Assembly: GCA_028289135.1 (NCBI GenBank)
Contig: JAQGGW010000005.1
Coordinates: 139,219 to 203,218, forward strand
Reading direction: 5' to 3'
From: Candidatus Saccharimonadota bacterium
GTDB lineage: Bacteria; Patescibacteriota; Saccharimonadia; Saccharimonadales; JACDBH01
DNA length: 64,000 nt
Positions 37,805 through 46,079 of the stretch are shown here, piece by piece. Each line of letters opens with the position of its first letter. The stretch's first letter is position 1. A program made the translations under genes and the position numbers. Below the pieces are notes generated by a model. That model was not told where the DNA came from. It saw only the letters and a list, made by a program, of their open reading frames with translations, and did no database searches.

Positions 37805-38158
37805 AAAAAAATAACCCCGGGCCTGATAAGCTTCGGGGTTATTTCGTATTCCGTCAGATGTATTCTTCGCGCATAGCCAGCTATTTCGAATTATTGCTGA
37901 GCAGGGTTATCAGCCCTCTTTTTCACGCTAGTCTGAGTCTCGCGCCGCACGGATACAATTTGCCGCTTAGCGATGGTGCCGGAGGTAAAAGGTTGGTCAA
38001 CTCTTGTCCATGGAACAAGCCGCCGCCTCTATTTTTACAACCTTCCTACAATAGCAGCTCACAACCAGTTTGGGCCGTACCCTCGCCGCATTGCTTATCA
38101 CCCTCCCAAAACAGAAGAATGCTCCTTAAACATACACTGGAACCATAACCAAAATCAA
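37805..38158 (-). ncRNA. candidate ~350-nt structured non-coding RNA, unclassified
   Basis: No credible ORF on either strand. Minus-strand TTGACC (38192-38187), 16-18 nt, then TATATAAA (38170-38163). Minus-strand terminator AACCCCG...CGGGGTT (37840-37813) plus T7. The transcript ends pair: 38114-38142 with 37849-37868 (4+4+7 bp). Confidence 0.45.
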
Positions 38159-38209
38159 CTATTTTATATATGAAAAAACTTACAGCGGTCAAAATGGTAT
38201 ATTAAAGTC

Positions 38210-38683
38210 ATGAATAAAGTTGTTGTGGCCGCAGAAGCTTTGGACCTTAGGCGGGGAATTGATTATATTGGTATTTCGGCTAATTTTGTCATTCACGATG
38301 GCAAAGGCAATATTTTATTACAAAAACGGAGCCAGAACTGCCGTGATGAACAGGGCAACTGGGACATTGGCGGCGGGGCTTTAGAATTTGGCGAAACTCT
38401 AGTAGAAGGCGTACGGCGCGAAGTTAAAGAAGAACTAATGACCGAAGCATTGGAAATAAAACTTCTAAAAGCCTACGAAGCCATCCGTGACAACAACGGT
38501 ACGCCTACGCACTGGATGGCGTTTACCCACGCCGTGCTGGTTGATCCTAAATCTATAAAAATTGGCGAACCACACAAGATTGATGAAATTGGCTGGTTTA
38601 CATCCGCGAACTTACCGAGTCCGCTGCACAGCCAGTTTTATAAGTCTTTTGATATTGCCCGCGAGCTCGGAATTGTGCATTAA
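38210..38683 (+). CDS. NUDIX hydrolase
   Basis: 157 aa. Nudix box GGGALEFGETLVEGVRREVKEELM. Extended -10 TGGTATATT (38195-38203) lies 6 nt before the ATG. Confidence 0.88.
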   Translation: MNKVVVAAEALDLRRGIDYIGISANFVIHDGKGNILLQKRSQNCRDEQGNWDIGGGALEFGETLVEGVRREVKEELMTEALEIKLLKAYEAIRDNNGTPTHWMAFTHAVLVDPKSIKIGEPHKIDEIGWFTSANLPSPLHSQFYKSFDIARELGIVH

Positions 38684-38738
38684 TCCAACTGTGGCATATC
38701 TAACAGCTTATGCTAAAGGGTTTTGATAACTTTATTAG

Positions 38739-39035
38739 GTGGAGTTTCCCCCATACGAAGCAGGTGAAGACGAACTTCTAACGGCCGCCAGAGGTGCTGT
38801 ACCTGAACTTTGCGGTGGATGTGAAGATATTAATGAGTTGGCATTTAGTTTATATAAACATGCTGCATATGAACGTGATTTTTTTAGACGTGATAGGCGT
38901 TCCAGATATCCTGATACTTTACGGATGCAACCTCCAAATCCAGAGCGCCTAGCCAGACACATATCCCTTGTTATTGTGGCAAAATGTTTATCACAGTGTC
39001 CATACGGCGTCCCTGTGCGAATAAGAACTTCTTAG
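38739..39035 (+). CDS. hypothetical protein with CGGC and CLSQC pairs (98 aa)
   Basis: GTG start without a convincing SD. Two Cys pairs. Confidence 0.3.
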   Translation: MEFPPYEAGEDELLTAARGAVPELCGGCEDINELAFSLYKHAAYERDFFRRDRRSRYPDTLRMQPPNPERLARHISLVIVAKCLSQCPYGVPVRIRTS

Positions 39036-39050
39036 TGCTACACTTAATTT

Positions 39051-39944
39051 ATGAAATTTGGCGCTACTTTTTCATATAAATATGCCCTGGAAATGAGCGT
39101 TGACCCCAAGGAGTGTCTAAAAGCGGCACTGGATGATCTGGGTGTAAGGAGATTGCGCCTTATGAGCTACTGGGATCTCCACGAACCCAAACAAGGCTCC
39201 TACGACTTCACAGAGCTCGACTGGCAGGTTGATATGGCCGAGCAGTCTAATTGTGCTGTTTTGCTATGCCTTGGCCTCCGGCAGCCCCGTTGGCCCGAGA
39301 GCCATTGGCCGGCTTGGGCAAAAGTGTTACCGGATGCAGAGTGGCAAAAGGCGCTGGACGACTACATTACAGTGGTGGTTAACAGATATAAAGGCCGGAA
39401 ATGTATCTTAAGCTATGAGTTAGAAAACGAAGCACTGCTAAAAGCCTTTGGACTAGATGGTAACTATGACCGTAACAGATTAAAACGTGAGTTTAAACTG
39501 GTTAAAACATTGGATCCAAGCCGGATAGTCATAATGAGCACCAGCGACTCCGGCGGTTTCCCATTATTTGGCCCAAAACCAGATATGTACTCCTACACAA
39601 TCTACCGTTACTTCTTTAGGCGCGGCAAGTACCGCCACTCTGTCCGCCCAGCTTGGACATACCACCTGCGGGCACAAATTATCTATCTGTTTAAGCGCCG
39701 TAAATCTTTCATCCATGAGCTCCAAGCTGAACCGTGGGGTCCAGAAGGCACTTCAAAGTTAACTGTCGAAGAGCAGTTTAAGAGTATGAACAGGGAAAGA
39801 GTCCAGGAAGCTGTGGCATACGTGCGCCGTACGCAACTGCTTCCAGCTGACCTTTGGGGCTTGGAGTGGTGGTACTGGCTAAAAACGGCTCAAGATATGC
39901 CGGAAATATGGAATGACCTAAAACCTATATTCGCTGAGGAATAA
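39051..39944 (+). CDS. glycoside hydrolase, clan GH-A TIM-barrel-like (family unassigned)
   Basis: 297 aa. SYELENE (acid/base-type NE) and IHELQAEPWG (nucleophile-type E) spaced as in clan-A enzymes. Confidence 0.6.
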   Translation: MKFGATFSYKYALEMSVDPKECLKAALDDLGVRRLRLMSYWDLHEPKQGSYDFTELDWQVDMAEQSNCAVLLCLGLRQPRWPESHWPAWAKVLPDAEWQKALDDYITVVVNRYKGRKCILSYELENEALLKAFGLDGNYDRNRLKREFKLVKTLDPSRIVIMSTSDSGGFPLFGPKPDMYSYTIYRYFFRRGKYRHSVRPAWTYHLRAQIIYLFKRRKSFIHELQAEPWGPEGTSKLTVEEQFKSMNRERVQEAVAYVRRTQLLPADLWGLEWWYWLKTAQDMPEIWNDLKPIFAEE

Positions 39945-39949
39945 CAGTT

Positions 39950-40495
39950 CTACTCTCCAAATAAACTGGTGGTGGTTGCCATACCAACAGTAACCGTTGC
40001 TAACATCTGTAGTGGGTGCTTTTTGCCATCCTGGTTGCCTACGCGTATAAATCTATCAAAAAATGCCGCTCGCGCACCCCAGTAAGAGGTAAATCTTGTG
40101 TCCACGTGCGCTGCTCTGCGTGGATCTACTTTTGCACTTCTAGCTGCCGCACCTAGAGCGTTTAGTGAAGTTAAAAACCCGCCGTATTCGTTGGGAGCAT
40201 ATACGGGAGGGTAGCCAAGCTGCGCCTGGACCATTTCAACCAAAGTAGACGAAATTCCACAGGCATCCGCCGGGAGGTCTTGGTGGTTGTCGTTTATAAT
40301 CGCGGTTTTGATCCCAACTTCGGCCAATTCCTCAAGCAATGTCTGTGCATGCTCATGTACATCATAAGTGTTACTACCATGAGCTAGCATCAAACTACCA
40401 AGTCCAAAGGTAACCAGGCCAATACCGCCTTGCTCAAACCCTTTTGCGTTAAGTTTGCTTAAGTCGACGCCTACTTCTATTCCAGTTCTTAACAT
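39950..40495 (-). CDS. hypothetical protein (181 aa)
   Basis: Only sizeable minus-strand ORF inside the r-protein region that does not overlap a plus-strand gene. No motif recognised. Confidence 0.5.
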   Translation of the reverse strand: MLRTGIEVGVDLSKLNAKGFEQGGIGLVTFGLGSLMLAHGSNTYDVHEHAQTLLEELAEVGIKTAIINDNHQDLPADACGISSTLVEMVQAQLGYPPVYAPNEYGGFLTSLNALGAAARSAKVDPRRAAHVDTRFTSYWGARAAFFDRFIRVGNQDGKKHPLQMLATVTVGMATTTSLFGE

Positions 40496-40584
40496 GCGTA
40501 CAAGTGTAGGGCAGCCTTATATTAAAGTAAAACGCTAAAGCTAATGTAAAATATGCTGCAACACGCAGTAGAATGCACAACGTC

Positions 40585-40614
40585 TTGACAGGGGTAGTGT
40601 TAGCATGGTAATCT
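40585..40614 (+). promoter_or_regulatory. promoter TTGACA-N18-TAATCT (extended TG) of the rplC operon
   Basis: -35 at 40585-40590, TGG at 40606-40608, -10 at 40609-40614. Confidence 0.6.
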
Positions 40615-40647
40615 GTAGTGGTATATCAACAAATTGTGTACGCAGCA

Positions 40648-40701
40648 CTTGGTAAATTGGCAGGTCTAACAGATTAGAAACCGCCTCCTACCAAGGTTTT
40701 T
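40648..40701 (+). promoter_or_regulatory. terminator-like hairpin in the rplC leader (possible autoregulatory attenuator)
   Basis: Three stacked helices: CTTGGTA/TACCAAG, GGC(A)GG/CCGCC and TCTAA/TTAGA. Followed by GTTTTT, 55 nt before the rplC ATG. Confidence 0.5.
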
Positions 40702-40756
40702 AATAGCTGTGCCTCACAGAGATATCGAAAGATAACTCATAAAAAATAAGGAATCT

Positions 40757-41374
40757 ATGAAAGCACTTATTACTCGAAAGGTCGGCATGACAAGCCTAGT
40801 ATCTGATACTGGTGTTGTTACTGCTGTTACCTTGCTTTCCGCTAGTCCTTGCGTCATTACGCAAGTGAAGACCATTGATACTGATGGGTATCAAGCGGTC
40901 CAAATTGGCACAGAAGTTGCCAAGAACGCCAGCAAGCCGGCTCAAGGCCACGCTACCAAAGCTGGTGTAGCACCATCAAAAATTACACGCGAAATCCGCG
41001 TGGACGAAATCACAGAAGAATTAACCGTCGGCACCGAACTCAAGGCCGACGTTTTTAGTGTCGGTGATTCCGTCCAAGTTACTGGGACAAGCAAGGGTAA
41101 AGGCTTTGCCGGAACCATCAAGCGCCACAATTTTAAGCGCCAGCGCAAAACCCACGGTGGTAAGGGTGATACCCGCAAGCCAGGCTCAATTGGCTCAATG
41201 TACCCACAGCGTATTTTTAAGGGCAAGCGTATGGCTGGCCGCATGGGCGGTGACCAAGTTACTGTTCGCGGTCTCAAGATTGAACTTGTTGACACAGAGC
41301 TAAACGTTATCGCTGTCAGCGGAGCCGTTCCTGGCCCGCGTAAAAGCATTGTGCTACTGAAAGGAACCAACTAA
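40757..41374 (+). CDS. rplC: 50S ribosomal protein L3
   Basis: 205 aa, MKALITRKVGMTS...; conserved L3 blocks. Confidence 0.96.
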   Translation: MKALITRKVGMTSLVSDTGVVTAVTLLSASPCVITQVKTIDTDGYQAVQIGTEVAKNASKPAQGHATKAGVAPSKITREIRVDEITEELTVGTELKADVFSVGDSVQVTGTSKGKGFAGTIKRHNFKRQRKTHGGKGDTRKPGSIGSMYPQRIFKGKRMAGRMGGDQVTVRGLKIELVDTELNVIAVSGAVPGPRKSIVLLKGTN

Positions 41375-42042
41375 TGAGCGTCCCTACTTATACCAAGGCC
41401 GGCGTTAAAGCTACGACCGCCGCAAAGCTTCCAAAAGGCATTTTTGACCTTGAAGTAACTTCCCACGAACTTTTAAAGCAGGCTTACACCGCTTATATGT
41501 CCAACAGCCGCACCGTAAATGCTCACACGCTCAAGCGCGGTGAAGTATCTGGTGGTGGCCGCAAACCATGGAAGCAAAAGGGAACTGGCCGCGCACGTTT
41601 TGGTTCGATCCGCGTTCCAATTTGGCGTGGCGGTGGTATTACTTTTGGTCCAACTGGCAACGAAAACTTTACCAAAGAACTTCCAGTTAAGACCAAGCGC
41701 CAGGCTATCCGCCAGGCACTCAGCGTCAAGAACGACGTTATCTCTGTTATCGACGAAATTGATTTCAAAGACGGCAAAGTTGCACCAGTTGCAGCACTTC
41801 TAAGCAAACTTGGCGCTACCAAGAAAGTATTGATTGTTGTTGACGCTAAGGACGAAATGTCAGTCCGCGCAACCCGCAACCTGGCTGACGTTAAGGTTAC
41901 CCAAGCCCGCTACCTAAATGTGTATGACCTGCTTAATGCCGACTCAGTCATCATTACTGCAAAATCACTCGACATCATTGCTGAATGGCTTGCTCCAACT
42001 TCTGCTGCCGCAACTGGCAAAACAGCTAAGGAGACCAAATAA
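41374..42042 (+). CDS. rplD: 50S ribosomal protein L4
   Basis: 222 aa. GGGRKPWKQKGTGRAR motif. TAATG overlap with rplC. Confidence 0.96.
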   Translation: MSVPTYTKAGVKATTAAKLPKGIFDLEVTSHELLKQAYTAYMSNSRTVNAHTLKRGEVSGGGRKPWKQKGTGRARFGSIRVPIWRGGGITFGPTGNENFTKELPVKTKRQAIRQALSVKNDVISVIDEIDFKDGKVAPVAALLSKLGATKKVLIVVDAKDEMSVRATRNLADVKVTQARYLNVYDLLNADSVIITAKSLDIIAEWLAPTSAAATGKTAKETK

Positions 42043-42422
42043 TGAAAGATCTCATGTTAATTCCTAGAATCTCCGAAAAGGCATATGCCATGAGCCAGCG
42101 CGACAACATTAAGACCTATGTCTTTGAAGTCCCAACCGGTTCAAACAAGCATTCTGTTGCCCGCGCCGTGACCATGCAGTTTGACGTTGTTGTTACCAGT
42201 GTCCGCACAACTACTGCTAAGGGCAAGGTTAAGCAAAGTTACCGCAAGGGCGGCCGCCCAATTACCGGAACCCGCAGCGATGTTAAAAAGGCATATGTAA
42301 CACTCCGTGAAGGCGATGTTTTGCCATTATTCATAGAAGAGCAGCAAGAAGAAGAAAAGCAGCTTAAGGCTGACCAAAAAGCTGCTAAAGAAGCCAAAAA
42401 GGCTAAGAAGGAGACCAAGTAA
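42042..42422 (+). CDS. rplW: 50S ribosomal protein L23 (Lys/Glu-rich C-terminal extension)
   Basis: 126 aa. L23 core plus tail EEQQEEEKQLKADQKAAKEAKKAKKETK. Confidence 0.93.
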   Translation: MKDLMLIPRISEKAYAMSQRDNIKTYVFEVPTGSNKHSVARAVTMQFDVVVTSVRTTTAKGKVKQSYRKGGRPITGTRSDVKKAYVTLREGDVLPLFIEEQQEEEKQLKADQKAAKEAKKAKKETK

Positions 42423-42679
42423 TGGCTATTCATAACCAAGACCCTTTTGTCTTACATATTGACGATGTTCTTGCACATAATTCTATCGCAACTGGCATAA
42501 AAGACGCTACGGGATTAGATACGGTTTTTGTACCAGCAAATCCTAGCAATACACCTAAAGAAAATGCTATGTTTGCTGGAAAAGCTGCTCTAGCTAGTTC
42601 AATTAATAATGGTGGTTTAGTAAGAGCTGCAGAAGCTATTATTGAAGAACGTGGTGGTTTATTTGGGGAGGCAATCTAA
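42422..42679 (+). CDS. hypothetical acidic micro-protein (85 aa) inserted between rplW and rplB
   Basis: TAATG overlaps at both ends. Its first 10 nt (ATGGCTATTC) are identical to the first 10 nt of rplB. Carries the rplB SD (GGGGAGG). TTA/AGA/ATA codons. Confidence 0.5.
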   Translation: MAIHNQDPFVLHIDDVLAHNSIATGIKDATGLDTVFVPANPSNTPKENAMFAGKAALASSINNGGLVRAAEAIIEERGGLFGEAI

Positions 42680-43533
42680 TGGCTATTCGCGCTTATAAGC
42701 CTACAACTCCTGGCCAACGTGGCATGACCACCCAGGACTTCGATACAATCACGACTAAGAAGCCTCTTAAGAGCTTGATAGTTGTAAAAAAGAAACAGTC
42801 AGGACGAAATAACCAGGGCCGTATTACAACCCGCCACCAAGGTGGTGGTGTCCGCCAGTTCTACCGTTTGGTAAACTTTAACCTTCCTGCCGGCACCAAA
42901 GCTACCGTTGAAGAGATTGAATACGATCCAAACCGCAGCGCCCGTATTGCCCGCATAAAAGACCAGGACAACAAGTACCACTATATCTTAGCCGGCACCG
43001 GAATTGTCCAGGGCCGCGTTATCCAGGCTGGCGAAGACGCTCCTGTTGAAGCTGGCAACCGTTTGCCAATCAAGAACATCCCAGTTGGTTCAACTATTTA
43101 TGCTATCGAAATCCAAGTTGGTAAGGGTGCCCAAATGGTGCGTTCTGCCGGTAACAATGCCCAGCTAATGGCTAAAGAGGGTGAATACGCCCAAGTCCGT
43201 TTGCCATCTGGCGAAATCCGTTTGATCAATGTTGATTGTATGGCTAGCTTGGGTACCGTTGGTAACGAACAGCACCAGAACATCAAGATTGGTAAAGCTG
43301 GACGCAACCGCAAGAAGGGCATCCGCCCATCTGTACGTGGTGTTGTTATGAACGCTGTTGATCACCCGCACGGTGGTGGTGACGGTGGTCGGCACGGTGT
43401 TGGTGGTGGTAAAAACCATGGTTCTGCTCCGCGCACTCCATGGGGTATTAAGACACTTGGCTACAAGACCCGTAAGCGTAAGTCTACAAGTAAGATGATC
43501 GTAAAGAGCCGTCACGCGGCGAAGAGGAAATAA
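42679..43533 (+). CDS. rplB: 50S ribosomal protein L2
   Basis: 284 aa, MAIRAYKPTTPGQRG...; VMNAVDHPHGGG motif. Confidence 0.97.
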   Translation: MAIRAYKPTTPGQRGMTTQDFDTITTKKPLKSLIVVKKKQSGRNNQGRITTRHQGGGVRQFYRLVNFNLPAGTKATVEEIEYDPNRSARIARIKDQDNKYHYILAGTGIVQGRVIQAGEDAPVEAGNRLPIKNIPVGSTIYAIEIQVGKGAQMVRSAGNNAQLMAKEGEYAQVRLPSGEIRLINVDCMASLGTVGNEQHQNIKIGKAGRNRKKGIRPSVRGVVMNAVDHPHGGGDGGRHGVGGGKNHGSAPRTPWGIKTLGYKTRKRKSTSKMIVKSRHAAKRK

Positions 43534-43535
43534 CC

Positions 43536-43832
43536 ATGATGTTCCCTAATACTTTAGTAGAAAAAGAAATGAACAGATTTACAGAAAGAGTTGTATCGTA
43601 CGCTAATGGATCTGATCCAAGAACTCGTGATGGTATGCTTTCTGTTGTTGCTGAGGAAATTGCTATAAGTGCTGTTGACAGTCCTTTGGCCCATCCAATA
43701 GCGTGGAAAAAAGATGCCTACGATGCTATCGGTGGTTATAACCGAATAGCGGCACCGGTTATTGAGAACGCTGTTGACTTTGTATTAAAAGAAATTGGAA
43801 GAACAGCAAGCTTAGGAGGCCGATATGTCTAG
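43536..43832 (+). CDS. hypothetical micro-protein (98 aa) inserted between rplB and rpsS
   Basis: ATG 2 nt after the rplB stop. Its 3' end supplies AGGAGG for rpsS, and its TAG lies within rpsS codons 2-3 (ATGTCTAG). Several AGA codons. Confidence 0.5.
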   Translation: MMFPNTLVEKEMNRFTERVVSYANGSDPRTRDGMLSVVAEEIAISAVDSPLAHPIAWKKDAYDAIGGYNRIAAPVIENAVDFVLKEIGRTASLGGRYV

Positions 43833-44094
43833 ATCATTAAAGAAAGGTCCGTTTATCGATCCAAAGCTTGCAAAGAAAATTGCAGCTTTGTCTAATGACG
43901 ACCGTACCATCATCAAAACTTGGGCACGCAGCAGTACAATCTCACCAGATTTTGTTGGCCGCACCTTGGCTGTACACAACGGCAAAGTCCACGTTCCAGT
44001 GTTTGTAACCGAAAACATGGTTGGCCACAAGCTTGGTGAATTTAGTCCAACACGTAAGTTCCGCTCACACGGCGGTAAGATGGCGAAGGGTTAA
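43825..44094 (+). CDS. rpsS: 30S ribosomal protein S19
   Basis: 89 aa, [15 protein letters not shown]... Confidence 0.96.
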   Translation: MSRSLKKGPFIDPKLAKKIAALSNDDRTIIKTWARSSTISPDFVGRTLAVHNGKVHVPVFVTENMVGHKLGEFSPTRKFRSHGGKMAKG

Positions 44095-44098
44095 AATT

Positions 44099-44521
44099 AT
44101 GCCAGTACAAGCAATTGCCAAAGGTGTTAGTATCTCTCCACGCAAAGTATCAGTTGTTGCAAGCCTTGTTCGCGGCCGTACTGTTGCAGACGCATTAGTT
44201 ATCTTAAGCCACACTCCACGTAACTCAGCCACATCTGTAATTAAGGTCATCAACAGCGCAAAAGCCAATGCTGACCACAACCATGGCTACAAGCCCGACA
44301 CACTTCGTATTACCGAAATTTCCGTTACTCCTGGCCCACGCAGCAAGCGTTTCCGTCCAGTCTCACGCGGTATGGCACACCCATACCAGAAGCGTACCAG
44401 CCACATCAAAGTGGTTGTAGACGGCGAAATGCGCGCAGCTAAGAAGCCAGCTGTATCTACCGCTAAAGCATCTGATGCCAAGGCCGCTAAACCAGTAACC
44501 ACAAAGAAGGAAGCAAGGTAA
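44099..44521 (+). CDS. rplV: 50S ribosomal protein L22 (A/K-rich C-terminal tail)
   Basis: Starts at MPVQAIAKGVSISPRKV (internal ATG of ORF 44021..44521, 4 nt after the rpsS stop). Confidence 0.95.
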   Translation: MPVQAIAKGVSISPRKVSVVASLVRGRTVADALVILSHTPRNSATSVIKVINSAKANADHNHGYKPDTLRITEISVTPGPRSKRFRPVSRGMAHPYQKRTSHIKVVVDGEMRAAKKPAVSTAKASDAKAAKPVTTKKEAR

Positions 44522-45150
44522 TGGGACAAAAAGTAAACCCAATCAGCATGCGCCTTCAGGTCAACAAAGACTGGCGCAGCAAATGGTTTGTTAGCAAGCG
44601 TGATTACGCTGACTACCTAACCAAGGACCTTAGTGTCCGCCGTATGATCGAAAAGAAAACTGGTTCACGCGCTGCTATTAACAAAGTTGATATTGAACGC
44701 AGCCCAAACCTTGTCACGGTTACTATCGTTACTGCTAAGGCTGGTGTTGTCATCGGCCGTGGTGGTGCGGGCGCCCAGGAGCTTAAGGCAGCAATTGAAA
44801 AGATCTACGCCGTTCCTGTGAGAGTGAACATTGAAGAAATCAAGAAGCCTGAGCTGTATGCCAAGCTTGTTGCTGAGAACATTGCTCACCAGCTTGAGCG
44901 CCGGATTGCATTCCGCCGTGCTATCAAGAGCTCATCAGCTGCAACTATGCGTGCCGGTGCTAAGGGCATCCGTATTCAGATGTCAGGCCGTTTGAACGGC
45001 GCTGACATGTCCCGCACCGAAAAAGAAGTCCAGGGTTCTGTCCCGCTTCATACACTCCGTGCAGATATTGACTACGCACAAGTTGGCGCACAAACCCCAG
45101 CTGGTGTCATTGGCATCAAAGTATGGATTTACAAGGGTGAGGTAGCCTAA
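44521..45150 (+). CDS. rpsC: 30S ribosomal protein S3
   Basis: 209 aa, [12 protein letters not shown]...; KH domain. Confidence 0.96.
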   Translation: MGQKVNPISMRLQVNKDWRSKWFVSKRDYADYLTKDLSVRRMIEKKTGSRAAINKVDIERSPNLVTVTIVTAKAGVVIGRGGAGAQELKAAIEKIYAVPVRVNIEEIKKPELYAKLVAENIAHQLERRIAFRRAIKSSSAATMRAGAKGIRIQMSGRLNGADMSRTEKEVQGSVPLHTLRADIDYAQVGAQTPAGVIGIKVWIYKGEVA

Positions 45151-45151
45151 C

Positions 45152-45565
45152 ATGTTAATGCCTAGCCGAACCAAGTACCGCAAGGTACGAAAGGGTAAAA
45201 TCCGTGGTGTTGCAACCAGTGGTAACTACATCGCTCACGGAACTTACGCCTTACAGTCACAAGAAAACAAGCGGATTACATCCCGTCAAATTGAAGCATC
45301 ACGTCAGGCTATGACCCGCTATATCAAGCGCGGCGGCCAGATCTGGATACGCATTTTCCCTCATACTCCTGTTACCAAAAAGCCGCAGGACGTAAAAATG
45401 GGTAGCGGTAAAGGTTCTCCAGAATACTTTGCAGCGAAAGTCCACGCCGGTACCATCTTGTTTGAGATGGACGGTATTTCCGAAGAAGTCGCTCGTGAGG
45501 CAATGCGCCTTGCAGCACACAAACTGCCTGTCAAGACTAAGTTTCTTGTCAAGGAGGTGAAATAA
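45152..45565 (+). CDS. rplP: 50S ribosomal protein L16
   Basis: 137 aa, [11 protein letters not shown]... Confidence 0.96.
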   Translation: MLMPSRTKYRKVRKGKIRGVATSGNYIAHGTYALQSQENKRITSRQIEASRQAMTRYIKRGGQIWIRIFPHTPVTKKPQDVKMGSGKGSPEYFAAKVHAGTILFEMDGISEEVAREAMRLAAHKLPVKTKFLVKEVK

Positions 45566-45567
45566 TT

Positions 45568-45768
45568 ATGAAAATTACTGATATCCGTAAACAATCAACT
45601 GCCGAACTGGCAACCGCTGCTACAGAGCTTCGCGAAGAAATCGCGGATCTAAAGCGCCGGATGCACGTTGGCGAGGTTCAGAACGTCCGGATTGTACGAG
45701 TCAAACGTAAAGACTTGGCAAGAATATTAACTGTCTTAAGCGAACAGCTTATGAAGGAGGCCCTATAA
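45568..45768 (+). CDS. rpmC: 50S ribosomal protein L29
   Basis: 66 aa. Position and helical L29 pattern (ELREEIADLKRR). Confidence 0.92.
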   Translation: MKITDIRKQSTAELATAATELREEIADLKRRMHVGEVQNVRIVRVKRKDLARILTVLSEQLMKEAL

Positions 45769-46079
45769 TGTCGCGCACACTAGTTGGTATTGTCACGAGC
45801 GACAAGGGCGAAAAAACCATTGTCATTACCGTGCATACCCGTAAAACACACCCGATCTATAAGAAGCAGTATTCTGTAACTCAAAAGATCATGGCTCATG
45901 ACGAAAAGAATGAAGCAAAGCTTGGGGACAAGGTTGAAATCAGCGAATGCCGTCCGCTTAGTGCACGCAAGCGCTTTACGCTCGCACGGGTCGTTGAAAC
46001 AGCCAAGATCCTGCACGTTGAACCAGAAGAAGTTAAGGCAAAAGCTCCTAAAGAAGCTGCCGTAGAGGAGACAAAGTAA
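45768..46079 (+). CDS. rpsQ: 30S ribosomal protein S17
   Basis: 103 aa, [18 protein letters not shown]... C-terminal extension. Confidence 0.94.
   Translation: MSRTLVGIVTSDKGEKTIVITVHTRKTHPIYKKQYSVTQKIMAHDEKNEAKLGDKVEISECRPLSARKRFTLARVVETAKILHVEPEEVKAKAPKEAAVEETK

Noticed and set aside
37849-38142. Known RNA classes (RNase P, tmRNA, SRP, 6S, 5S, T-box) for the ORF-free locus
   Set aside because: A GAGGGUGAUAAG...UGCGG stretch resembles the RNase P J11/12 region but lies in the wrong position, and there is no AAAGUCC/ACAGAA P4 pair. An ACUCAGA...GUGAAA stretch resembles 5S loop B but the rest does not fit. The plus-strand GATGGTGCCGGAGG resembles the T-box 14-mer, but it lacks stem I/specifier features and a matching terminator, and the downstream gene is a NUDIX hydrolase.
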